From the NCBI GenBank assembly GCA_000004985.1, contig GG738892.1: a DNA stretch of 64,000 nt. The stretch is one strand, 5' to 3'. Below are positions 42,833 to 53,086 of the stretch, in pieces. The notes below the pieces were generated by a model. That model did no database searches, was not told the origin of the DNA, and saw only the letters and a program-made list of their open reading frames with translations. The stretch comes from Naegleria gruberi. Its lineage: Eukaryota. Positions within the stretch are counted from its first letter, which is position 1. The number at the start of each line of letters is the position of its first letter. The position numbers and the translations under genes were made by a program.

Positions 42833-44529
42833 ATGCAACAACAATTTATTGTACCTTCGGATAATGAAATTTTAGAAGCGATTGGTAGGTTATTGTGTGT
42901 TGGTTGTTGATTAATATAATTACCAATAATCGAATTGTGTGTTGGTTGTTGATTAATATAATTACCAATAATCGAATAGGTAAACCTGTCCCTGCCATGT
43001 TTATTCCAGGTGATTGCTTTCAAAATTTGAAATTACCAGGACCAAATGATTGGCTCAACCGATACAAGGAAGAAGGTCAAACATTTTACAACTTTATTTC
43101 TTCACAGGAAGAAAATCCGTAAGTATTCTCATGTCACAAATTTAATCGAGCAAAATGTTGATCTATAGTGAAGAAGAAACAGAAAAGAGAATTTATCTTG
43201 TTCCTGTTGGATCATTTGAGAAAGAAAATGCTCCTGATTTGAATGTTTTATTGGAATATATTTCTGTGTTTTTTAATTGTGGAAATGTTCAATTACTTCC
43301 ACGTATTGAATTGATTGGAGAAGATCAAGTTAAAATGGAGGAAAAACAGGTTGTTACAAATAGTAATTTACATTCTAATCACTTGTTGAGTGCAAAAACA
43401 AAAAACTCAGTTTCAGATAAAATTGCCAAACAGAGGAAACAACAGAATTCATCAAAATATATAAATGAACATAATCATTGGAATTTTACTCATGATAATG
43501 CACTTACAATACAAACTCAAGATAAATCTTTGAATGAATCAGTTTCACCTAAACAGAGAAAGAAAAAGAAACGAAAAAAGGAAAAAGTTGAAAAAAAGAA
43601 AATGTATTTAAAAATTGGAGATTCATATGAGGCAGTAACATGTAGGAAAGCATTAGACCATGATCAGATACAGTTATCAATTTCTGACGTATTGGATGTG
43701 TTAGAAATGCAAGTTTTACCTGATGATGCATTTTGCATGATTGCCTTGACACTAACTGATTTGTATATGGACGAGGATGATTTATTTGTTGTGGGATGGG
43801 CTGGGAACTTTTCTGCTCTCTTTTCATTTGCTAGATATGATCCAAATTTTACTCATACTTTGAATGGAGGTAGAACTTCAGCTTCTTCTCATCAACAAAC
43901 TGAGGAAAACAATAATTTGGGAGTTAATCAAAGAATTGATCTTATTCTGAAGAGATGTTTAAAAACTGTTGTACATGAAACGTAAGTAATTTTGAAGATA
44001 TGTCAAATATATAATTTGTTTATTCAGGTTGCATATTTTTGGACTAAGACACTGTATATTTTATTCATGCTTAATGAATGGAACTGCTTCACTGCATGAA
44101 GATGATGAGACACCAATGTTTATGTGCCCTATTTGTGAAAGGAAACTTCAATACGTTTTAAAGTTTGATGTGATAAATAGGTATAGGAAAATGTTGGACT
44201 TTTTCGAGAATTATTTATCAACTCACAATTTTGGAGAAGAGGTTCAGTGGATTAAGAAGAGAATTTCATTTCTCGAATCTATTCAACACGATAATTCAAA
44301 TGAATCAAAGTATGGAGACATTCTACTGCCAATGAGACCAGCAACGAGTGAACGAGATGTCTTTATGAGTCCAATGCACCCACCTCTCAACTCAATGAGT
44401 GAGCTCTTACTATCTCATCAACAAAATTCAAACAGAAATCGATGTCGATGTAATAATTATCTTTGTAAATATACTTCCTCAACTGGAGAAGATTCAAGTG
44501 AAACCGATACAGATGATTCTAATGAGTAA
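42833..44529 (+). CDS. Archaemetzincin-type zinc metalloprotease (AMZ1/AMZ2-like)
   Basis: Four exons: join(42833..42884, 42980..43118, 43169..43981, 44028..44529). Splicing of exons 3 and 4 assembles the archaemetzincin signature HEXXHXXGX3CX4CXMX17CXXC as VVHET|LHIFGLRHCIFYSCLMNGTASLHEDDETPMFMCPICERK. Other blocks (PNDWLNRYKEEGQTFYNFI; PDDAFCMIALTLTDLYM; FSALFSFARY) parallel AMZ2 as I recall it. Confidence 0.7.
42892..42977. repeat. Perfect 42-bp tandem duplication (2 copies) inside intron 1 of the archaemetzincin gene
   Basis: Unit (a)ttgtgtgttggttgttgattaatataattaccaataatcga occurs at 42893-42934 and again at 42935-42976 with no mismatches. Confidence 0.8.
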
Positions 44530-44809
44530 AAACAACTTTCAATCAGAAGGGTCCTTATAATCACGGTAAATCATGCTATTAGAGCAATGTATTATTTTTT
44601 GGATTTTGTCTCATCATTAAGGTCACAAAAAGTAACATTCAAGATTGTGAGACAATTTACTCCTTCTTTTGAAATTGAAGAACAAGAAGAATAAATTTAT
44701 GGTTCACCTTCAAAAAAAAAATATTAAACGAGAGAAACCAGCAAAACTTGTTGGTTCGGAACAGAGAATTTTTGATTACTTCATCACCAATAATAAGAAT
44801 ATATAAACA

Positions 44810-45331
44810 ATGGAACAACATCAAATGTTGCAGAATTTGTTGAAGGAGAAGAAGAATCTCTCATCAACAACAGCACACGCCTTGAATTCATATAGAAAAG
44901 TATTATATGTTGGAAATTTATCACAACAAGTCACTAGAGATGTATTATACAATTTATTTATTCCATTCGGAGAAGTATTGGAAGTAACAGTGCCTGTTAA
45001 TCAAGTCAACAAGGAGGAAAAGGGATTTTCAGGTGCAAATACTAAACATCGTGGATATGCTTTTGTAGAATTTGAACTTCCAGAGGATGCCACAGATGCT
45101 CTAGAGAATTTAAATAATGGTGAATTATTTGGAAGAATTATAACAGTTAATTATTCAAAAGCTACAAATCTTTCCAGAGAAGCCTTTTCTGATCTCAATG
45201 TTCCACTGTGGAGTTTGAATGAATCATCTGAATCAAATAATAATAATACTGAATCATCGAGTGATAGCAATGAACCTAATGTTGCAGTTTTGGAAACAGA
45301 ACCATCTTTAAAAAAGACTAAACTTTCATAA
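44810..45331 (+). CDS. Single-RRM RNA-binding protein (RRM resembling that of PPIE/cyclophilin-33; no cyclophilin domain)
   Basis: 173 aa. RNP-2-like LYVGNL and RNP-1-like HRGYAFVEF. ...EDATDALENLNNGELFGRIITVNYSKA parallels the PPIE RRM (…[21 protein letters not shown]). Acidic/Ser-rich C-terminus. Confidence 0.55.
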   Translation: MEQHQMLQNLLKEKKNLSSTTAHALNSYRKVLYVGNLSQQVTRDVLYNLFIPFGEVLEVTVPVNQVNKEEKGFSGANTKHRGYAFVEFELPEDATDALENLNNGELFGRIITVNYSKATNLSREAFSDLNVPLWSLNESSESNNNNTESSSDSNEPNVAVLETEPSLKKTKLS

Positions 45332-45422
45332 AATAGACCTTTTTAAATTTCCATTATTCTTGTCAACTGAGGAACAAGCCTTTTTTCAATTAAAATTAAA
45401 AATCCAAAAAAAAGAAGAAAAA

Positions 45423-47467
45423 ATGTGGATACTCGAACCGTTTGTTTCTTCATCACAAATTGCTTCGAATGCAGCAGGATCAAATTTACAAATTGTATAT
45501 ATGGTTCCGAATAGATCCTACATTGTTGGAAGAAAGCGTATGTTTATTTTCTGAGAAGAAGTAAAATTTAATAATTTGATGATGATAATAGGAGATGAAT
45601 GTGAAGTATTTGTGGATAATGATAAAAGTATTTCGAGGAAACATGCTGTGATCACTGTGGATGATTTATCCAATATCAAACAAGCATTGATTCAATTTTC
45701 TGATGATCCGATCATCAAGCCTAAACTATCAGTGGAAGACTTTTCAAAATATGGAACATTTGTTGTGAAAGGAACTGGTTCTCCAGAGAAATTAACTACA
45801 AATACCAAGACTGATCTTGATGGAAATTGGAGAATTAGATTTGGAGTTTATCAGTCAATTTATATGTATGTATAATGCAAAAATTTGCAATTTAACTTTG
45901 GAAATAGGATAAAACATGAACTGATGATTTTCTGCGTATCTAGATTAAACGAACAAGATAGAAAGAAACTGGCAACACAATGCAAGACCATTGATGCCAA
46001 ATATGCGACATGTTGGCATCACCAATGTACTCATTTAATTGTTGACGAGAAGGATTGTATTATTACTGAAAAAATTGGACTGGCATTGTGCTTAGGTATT
46101 CCTATTGTGACAATGGAATATGTCAATCAATTAGAAAAGTGTCTCACCACTAATCTTAGACAAACAGTTGAGCTACCAAACATTGAAAATTACTATGCTT
46201 CTGCTGAAAATTTTAACTGGAAAGCTTATGGATTGACATCAGCTCCTGATTTTAAACCAAATCCAAATAGGAAACAATTATTTTTTAATAAGCATTTCTC
46301 GACTATGAGTGTTGAAATGGTAAGTCTTTACTCAATACATTATATGAACTTTGAAAAGTGTCAAAAAATAATGCCAATAATTGAAAGTGCTGGTGGAACT
46401 ATTGATAATTCTGAAGAACAAATCGATGAAAAATTTGTTAATAATTACCTATCATGTCCACAGTTCGATTGTATTATAATTGTAGGTTTCATTCCTTTTA
46501 CATATTCTAAATATTTCAGGAAAATATGATAGACCCAGAAACGCTTGAAAAACTCAAATATTATGGATTCCAGTTATTTGATGAAAAGGCTATTATGGCT
46601 GCCATTCTTTTAGGTGATGCATCTAACTTGAAAACAGTTAAATTACCTAGTATTCCAGAACCTCCAAAACCATCTCCTAAAAAAGGTGTTAATGTTATGA
46701 GTGATGAAGATAGAACAGACGATGAGTTGGAAATGCCAGAAAATAACAATATTTCGTTCGAAAAGAGCCAAGAACAGAAACCTCAAGTGGAAGAGAACTT
46801 TGAGCCACCATCAAAGAAAACTAAACCTAACGAAAAAACTCAAGAAATAGAAAAACCGAAAGTAAAGGAAGAACCAAAGAAAGGTGGAGGAATTGAAATA
46901 CCTCTTTCTTTGGCAGACGATTACGAAATGGAAGAGCCAAAGAAAATTACTCCCAAGAAGGAAATCAAAATTGAAAAAAAGGAAGTTAAGAGAGAAAAAG
47001 TTGTTAAACCAACATTTGATCCTGATGAACCAACAATAACTGTAGAGTATATCGATTTGATTAAGGTTAAAGAGGAAAATAAGCCCTCACAAACTCCAAA
47101 TTCAAATTACCCACAGAATGGCTATAATGCTAAACGATTTAGAAAAGTTATATATGATGGGTCAACAATTTCTAAAGGTTTGAATGTAAATTTGGTTGCA
47201 AATTCTTCGTTGGTCGAAGACTCTGTCAATTTCGATGCTGACCTATCAACACCAACCAAACCTAAAGAAATCAAATTGGTTGCAAAAACTGAAACCATTC
47301 CAACATTGGAAAAGAAAGAAACCAAGAAGAATTCTCAGAAAAAGGAATCACAGAAAAAAGAAACTCCTCCAAAGAAAGAGTCTAACATTTTGGATGCAAT
47401 TGGGCTTGATGATGATGAAGATGATGACGATGATGAACCAACACTTCTTGGAGTAAGGAAAAGATAA
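45423..47467 (+). CDS. NBN: Nibrin/NBS1 homologue (FHA + BRCT domains, C-terminal MRE11/ATM-interaction-type motif)
   Basis: Four exons: join(45423..45537, 45592..45865, 45908..46481, 46520..47467). Introns are 54, 42 and 38 nt. MWILEPFV...YIVGRKRDECEVFVDNDKSISRKHAVITV...KYGTFV matches nibrin's N-terminal FHA region (MWKLLPAA...[27 protein letters not shown]...SKYGTFV, as recalled). A BRCT-like block follows (CTHLIVDEKD...GIPIVTMEYV). C-terminal KRFRKVIYDG parallels nibrin KKFKKVTYPG. The ORF-track Met at 45360 is a TTG, and the real ATG is at 45423. Confidence 0.7.
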
Positions 47468-47470
47468 AAT

Positions 47471-48895
47471 TTATCTATTTAAATTGAAAAATTTAGATAA
47501 GGAATCAATGGTCCTTCTTCTATTCTTCTTCTTGATTACTTCATCCAGAGAGGATTCATCGTAGTCATCCTCATCTATCAGCTCTGAATGTTTTAGAGGA
47601 GAATATAATGCTTCAGCTGCCGAAACACTTCTCTTATCTCTTGTATTTCTAGAGGTGTCACTGACAATTTCCATCTTCTTAAAATCGGCAATATCTCTTA
47701 TCGACTTTCTATGAACCATCTTGATTTCTTCTGGACTAACATCATATGTCTTGAGTTCCTTAATCGACTTTACATTGACAGAATAGAAATGGAATTTTAA
47801 GGTATCATCAGAATCCTTTCCTCCCAAAAAGAAAACTTCTCCTGTTTCTTCACAATAAACAGCACTCATTCCTACAAGTTTTGGTAGGTGACTTCCAAAG
47901 AATAGATCAGTAATTCTATACCATTTTCTTTCTAAAATTTGATACATATAAATATGGGAATCAAAGTCATTATTACGCAAAATGTTCGACCCTCCAGCCA
48001 AGATGATTGCAGAATCCTTGGCAAGTGTTGTACAATGTGAAGCTCTTGCAGATGGCACTACAGTATTATCCTTTGAGAGTAATGGCCTAGACCATTCCAT
48101 AGTGTCCATATCAAGAACATAAAGAGCATTGGTGGCACTTTGTCTTTCATTTTCTTCGTCCGCTGTCAAACCACCGAATATATACACCAAATTTTGAACT
48201 ACATTACAGGTGAAACAACACAATCTGTTTGGAACTTGATTATGTGTTTCATTTTGATTTGTCTTATCTACTAATGTTACATATTTTCTCATATCTACAT
48301 TTCCTTTCGTTTCTACAACCATCCATTGATTGCTTGCAATATTATATGCATAGAGCCCAGAGAAATAAACTTGCTTTCCTTGACATCCACCATACAAATA
48401 AATATTACCCTTATAATGCCACATTTGACCACCTGAATCTAGATTAGTTCATCAAAATTCGAATTATAAACAACATACCAGCTCTAGGATCTGGACACAA
48501 TCCGTTAGTTTCAATGTGAGTCCATGAAAGAGTTTCAGTATCGAAATAATACATTCCATTATATACTGTATGATTAGATTGAGGCGTTGCTTGAGAATAA
48601 CCTCCAAATACATAAATCCTTGATCCAACGATACAAGAAGCAGTCAAGGCACGAAGAGTTGGAGCTTTACCCGAAGGTTTTTCAATTTCGGTCCAAACCT
48701 TATTGACCATATCGAATATATATACTGAATTAATTTTAGTGCTATTAATGGGTCTTTGGCCAAGAAGGACATAAAACTAACATCATAAGAGAGAATGAAA
48801 GCAACCAAACCTACCTTTGATCCAATTACCCCAGAGACATGGTAGCATAAACCACCTGTATGATTGCCTTTAGATTGAACTTCATATATTTTCAT
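47471..48895 (-). CDS. Kelch-repeat beta-propeller protein
   Basis: Three exons: complement join(48815..48895, 48479..48776, 47471..48438) with 38-nt and 40-nt introns. After splicing, the kelch consensus is continuous (…GNHTGGLCYHVSGVIGSK|FYVLLGQRPINST.INSVYIFDMVNKVWTEI…RIYVFGGY…|DSGGQMWHYKGNIYLYGG…). The frame switch between the ORF-track pieces 48644..48895 and 48444..48710 is explained by the first micro-intron. Confidence 0.55.
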
Positions 48896-49717
48896 TTTTT
48901 TCTATTCTTAATTGAATTATAAATACAAATGGAGCGTGATGTTGCTTATCACTCTGAAAAAGTAAACTTCTCTACAAGTTTTTTGTAGTGTGGTTGATTG
49001 CTGCTGAAGATAATAGGAGAGATAGACGACCCGATCTTTTTGAAATACCTTGATGGTTTTGTTTGTTTTTTTATGAAGAGTTGTTTTCTTTTAAAAACAG
49101 GAGAGAATAATCCATTCATTGTTTGTGTAATTTGGTCCCTTAAGAACTTGAAGAAAACAAAGCGTCATTTTGATCCACAGCACGGTTGGTTTATTAAGAT
49201 TGTCTTGTGAAAATCAAAAGATGCTTTTTGGCATTTACTGTTCCAATTGAGGAACCGTTATGATGAATTCACAGCAAGCCAAGGTGACACAAGTTGATGT
49301 GTTAGAAACAAGTTGTCAATGAGAGATATGTGGTTATTGATGGTCATGAAAAAGTCTTTATTAAGGTAAACGCAATACCCTTCACAATAGCTGTATAACT
49401 TCATTGGAAATACATTGTATTATAAAAACAATAAGGTAGTGACACCCTTATTATGTTGACTTGTTATGTTTTCCTGACAACTACAAATGTATGTGCATGT
49501 ATTTTGAAGGAATATCAATACCAAATATCACCATCACATGATCAACACTGCTCACCACAGTAACAATTCTCTTGTTTACAAAACAACTGACAGACCAACA
49601 ACACTTATAGTTAGTGGCCAGACCTATTAACATAATACCAATAACCACTTTACATCATAAATGTCAATCTGCAATTGATTCTCGGAAGTTGTGTTCGGAA
49701 GCAATTTATTATAAAAA

Positions 49718-50293
49718 ATGTCTTCTAGTACTGATCAAACACTTCTGACTCCTGTTCAAGGAGGTGCAACAGGACCAACATGTTTGGAAAATACAAAATA
49801 CAAATGGACTCAAGATATTACTTCTATCATGATTGTTATTCCTTTTGAAAATCCTATCACCACCAAGACAGTGAAAGTTAATTTTGAAAAGAAATCTATC
49901 AAGGTTACAGTTGTCGGAATTGAACAACCAATTATTCAAGGAAAATTATGTAAAGAAGTTGATGAAGATGAATGTTATTGGCAAATTGAGGATAAAAAGG
50001 AATTAATTATTAATTTACAAAAAGTTGTTGGAATTTGGTGGGATTACGTGATTGAAGGACATCCTAAAATTAATACATCAGTGATTGATCCTCCTCAAGC
50101 AAGTATGTCTGATTTAAATCCAGAGATGAGATCTACTGTTGAAAAGATGTTATTCGATCAAGCAGCAAAAGCAACAGGAGGTAAAACATCAGAAGATAGA
50201 ATCAGAGAAGAAAATATTCGTAAACTCAAGGGTATGCATCCAAATATTGATTTTTCTGGAATGGATTTTAGCAAGGCACAATTTAACATGTAA
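49718..50293 (+). CDS. NudC-family CS-domain protein (short NudC homologue)
   Basis: 191 aa. YKWTQDITSIMIVIPFENPI...KKSIKVTVVGIEQPIIQGKLCKEVDEDECYWQIEDKKELIINLQK is the CS domain and matches the NudC core (YRWTQTLSELDL...). C-terminal MVEKMLFDQAAKATGGKTSEDRIREENIRKLKGMHPNIDFSGMDFSKAQFNM parallels the NudC C-terminus ([46 protein letters not shown]). Confidence 0.7.
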   Translation: MSSSTDQTLLTPVQGGATGPTCLENTKYKWTQDITSIMIVIPFENPITTKTVKVNFEKKSIKVTVVGIEQPIIQGKLCKEVDEDECYWQIEDKKELIINLQKVVGIWWDYVIEGHPKINTSVIDPPQASMSDLNPEMRSTVEKMLFDQAAKATGGKTSEDRIREENIRKLKGMHPNIDFSGMDFSKAQFNM

Positions 50294-50368
50294 ATTTTGT
50301 TGTAATAAATTAAATGTAAATAATAATTAGTTTTGTGTATTAAAATACAAGTTTGTGATAGGTGTCAA

Positions 50369-51070
50369 TTACAACTTGATCCTCTTCAAATCTTGTCCTA
50401 TTTCTTCAGAGCTTAGGCCGAAATTCATGCCTTCCACAGAGCAAGGTATTCTCTTTTTCTTACTGTAAGTCTCATAGGACATGTTAATGACATTGGACCA
50501 TTTTTCACCATTTCCATAAGAGCTATTGTTGGCTCCACTTCTTCTATTTCTTGTGAGTTTTCTTCCAGGTTTTTTATCATCTTCGGTTTGAGTTGGTTCA
50601 TTCTCTCTTCTAACTGTACCAAATTGAATCAAATCATTCAACCGTTTCTCTTCCTTTTGAGTTTGAATTAACAAATTTTCATTATAATTGTTAATATCAT
50701 TTTCAAAATCTGATTTGGCTTGTTGAATATCACTACTATATATTTCTTCAATGTTTTTCATTTGCATCTCCTTGTATCTGAGAGCAAGTAATAATTTCTT
50801 TTCCTTTAAATTTTCAAACAATGTGATTTGTTCAGAATATCCAGGAACACTTTCACGAAGTGCCTTGTCTTGGTTTGGATCATCCCTTTTTGCCAAAATT
50901 TTTATTCTTTCTTGTATTGTTTTCAATTGACGTAAGAGTTCTGGATCTGTTTCATTCTTATTTTCTTCCTCTTCCACAGTGGTTTTTCTGATAAATTTTC
51001 GTCTTCCTGGTTGGGCTTCTTCCGTCAAGGTTGATGATGATGTATTGTTTTGATTTGTTTCTTCAGTCAT
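50369..51070 (-). CDS. Uncharacterised coiled-coil protein (possibly Sds3/BRMS1-like or small spliceosome-associated factor)
   Basis: 233-aa ORF. N-terminal basic/acidic region, central heptad-rich segment (LLRQLKTIQERIKILAK..., KEKKLLLALRYKEMQMKNIEEIY), C-terminal RKLTRNRRSG. No confident family. Confidence 0.4.
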   Translation of the reverse strand: MTEETNQNNTSSSTLTEEAQPGRRKFIRKTTVEEEENKNETDPELLRQLKTIQERIKILAKRDDPNQDKALRESVPGYSEQITLFENLKEKKLLLALRYKEMQMKNIEEIYSSDIQQAKSDFENDINNYNENLLIQTQKEEKRLNDLIQFGTVRRENEPTQTEDDKKPGRKLTRNRRSGANNSSYGNGEKWSNVINMSYETYSKKKRIPCSVEGMNFGLSSEEIGQDLKRIKL

Positions 51071-51470
51071 TTTTTTTGTATCACAAATTTTTAACCGCCA
51101 AATTTTTAATAGGCTGCCAGCACAAGAATTAAGCTTAGAGCATCGTCATTTTGAATTAATTAATATTTTAATAATAATTAATTCCAATAATTGACTCTGA
51201 GATCGAGATGAATTCAAGAAAAGACTCTATTACGTTTATTCTGGTTGATTTTATAAACAGGAAAGTTCTGTTTTAATTACGCCCAACAAGATCAATTCAA
51301 ACTAACGCACAGGAATTGCTCAAGATTGAAAGAAGGATTTTATTGAGGTCAAAGTAGTTAGACTTCGTAAAGAGACAAGCCATTCAGTTAAAACGTTTTT
51401 CTGTTTCGTAGGTCATCGATGCTTTCATTCCAAGATAAGGTCAAAATAATATTCATTCCTAACCAATAAA

Positions 51471-52577
51471 CTATTCTAAATTTCCTTTAAAATTTTCCAA
51501 ATCATTAACTAGTGAATTCCTTATTGGATCATATACTTTTGATATTTCTTCCCAATCACTGTATTTTTCCTCTCTCTGAAAAATGTCATTAAAATACATG
51601 TCACAAACATGCCAATCCACTATTTTTCCATGATTAGCAATCTGCTTTGCGTAATGACAAATACGAAGTGTGTGAATAACTCGTTTCTTAGCTTTGAATA
51701 TGTCAACTTCTGGAGGATCCCAACCCCATTCGTGTTCATAGAGTCCTTTACAAAATTTCCATACCATGCTAGAGAATGGATTGAATGAATCAATGATTGA
51801 TTTTGGATCAATTCGATTTTTCATTTCTGGAAATTCCTCTGATAATTTAAAGGATTGTTGAATGATAAATCGTTGATATTCTTCACTCTGCTCGAGTAAA
51901 AGAGCCAACAATTCATTGAATTTGTTCTTTTTCAATTGATTTAAAAACTGTTGTTTCGAATAAATTGAAATATCCAATTCATATTTGGGTATTTTCGAAA
52001 AGGCATAGGTTACATCCCCAGTTTTCAGATTCTTCTTTTTAATAATTGATTGAGAAATCTGTTCCACACTTGTATCATCAATAATATTGCAATTAGGATT
52101 ATTATTGCTTAATAAACCCCTTCCTTTCAAATATCTTGGTAATAAAGAATCAAATGTTTCAGTACAATAATTGTCCTTCTGATTGGTAATAAAGAGCAAA
52201 TGTTCAGGCTCCTCTTCAAAATCATAAATCATCAATAAATCATAATCACTTCCTCCATTCACTTTATAGACATCTGTACAAGGTTTTCCGTACAATCGAC
52301 TTCCATACACATAAACATTTAAAATCCTATCCTTCTCCAACAAGCCATCAAATTCATCAACAATTTTTGGAACATCCAAGGTGTCATTCTTCATCAAATC
52401 CAACAAGTACTGTTTGTTTTGGCTACATCCGATTGTATCCTTTTCAAATTCACACATTTTTTCATGATGAACTTTTGCTGATTTACCACACGAAAATGCA
52501 CGATAACCATTTTTCAAAGCATTGAAAGTGTTAGGGCGTAATGTCTGGCACTTGGTGATGGAAAAGGATTTAAACAT
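51471..52577 (-). CDS. Divergent polymerase-beta-superfamily nucleotidyltransferase-fold protein (PAP/TUTase/OAS-like minimal NTase), function unknown
   Basis: 368 aa. YVYGSRLYGKPCTDVYKVNGGSDYDLLMIYDF fits the hG[GS]x(n)...[DE]h[DE]h NTase signature (GS...SDYDL), with a longer than usual spacer. The remainder is helical with no recognised family. Confidence 0.4.
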   Translation of the reverse strand: MFKSFSITKCQTLRPNTFNALKNGYRAFSCGKSAKVHHEKMCEFEKDTIGCSQNKQYLLDLMKNDTLDVPKIVDEFDGLLEKDRILNVYVYGSRLYGKPCTDVYKVNGGSDYDLLMIYDFEEEPEHLLFITNQKDNYCTETFDSLLPRYLKGRGLLSNNNPNCNIIDDTSVEQISQSIIKKKNLKTGDVTYAFSKIPKYELDISIYSKQQFLNQLKKNKFNELLALLLEQSEEYQRFIIQQSFKLSEEFPEMKNRIDPKSIIDSFNPFSSMVWKFCKGLYEHEWGWDPPEVDIFKAKKRVIHTLRICHYAKQIANHGKIVDWHVCDMYFNDIFQREEKYSDWEEISKVYDPIRNSLVNDLENFKGNLE

Positions 52578-52741
52578 TTTTTAATTTAATCATTTTGATA
52601 GGTTATTCAATCAGCTTAAACGAATCAGTTCATCACAATTCAAAAACCGTCACTCCACTGAAACAAATTACATAGTAAAAAAGAATAATTAATAATTATT
52701 ATAATTAAAAACAATTTGGATTGAATATTTTATTATTCAAT

Positions 52742-53086
52742 TTACAACTTGTTCCATGAGTCAATTTCGCATGAAGAAACACCTTCCATGACAGCTTCTT
52801 CTTCTTCTTCATTGTAGAAGAGGGAGACAACTCTATCCAAAGGAACAGCATCATCATTGTGGATGGTGGCAATAACCTTGAGCATCTTCAAACCATAAGC
52901 CATTTCTTCTCTTCTGATTTCACCCCATTCCAAGAATTCAATGTTGACATCTCTGATTCTCTTTTCCAAGTCAGTCAAATGTTGGTCCATTCTGACGGCC
53001 ATTTGTTCAGCGGTTTCATCATCAACATCTGGAAGATCTGGTTTGACGGAGAGGATCAATTGGGACTTGGTAATCTTTGGAGCCAT
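52742..53086 (-). CDS. Elongation factor 1-beta guanine-nucleotide-exchange (EF-1 beta/delta C-terminal) domain protein, stand-alone 114 aa
   Basis: KSQLILSVKPDLPDVDDETAEQ...IEFLEWGEIRREEMAYGLKMLKVIATIHNDDAVPLDRVV...EIDSWNKL parallels the eEF1B-alpha catalytic domain ([22 protein letters not shown]...[33 protein letters not shown]...DVAAFNKI, as recalled). The Met at 53086 has an A-rich Kozak-like context. No upstream GST-like exon found. Confidence 0.5.
   Translation of the reverse strand: MAPKITKSQLILSVKPDLPDVDDETAEQMAVRMDQHLTDLEKRIRDVNIEFLEWGEIRREEMAYGLKMLKVIATIHNDDAVPLDRVVSLFYNEEEEEAVMEGVSSCEIDSWNKL

Noticed and set aside
45360-45422. ORF-track start of the nibrin first exon at 45360 (MSTEEQAFFQLKLKIQKKEEK…)
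   Set aside because: Position 45360 is a TTG, not ATG. The first ATG (45423) gives MWILEPFV, which matches the conserved nibrin N-terminus.
46320-46358. Candidate 39-nt intron inside nibrin exon 3 (GTAAGT…AAAAG) with in-frame continuation
   Set aside because: The reading frame stays open through it and the translated segment is not obviously non-nibrin. I cannot decide without cDNA, so it is kept as exon. Noted because other introns here are equally short.
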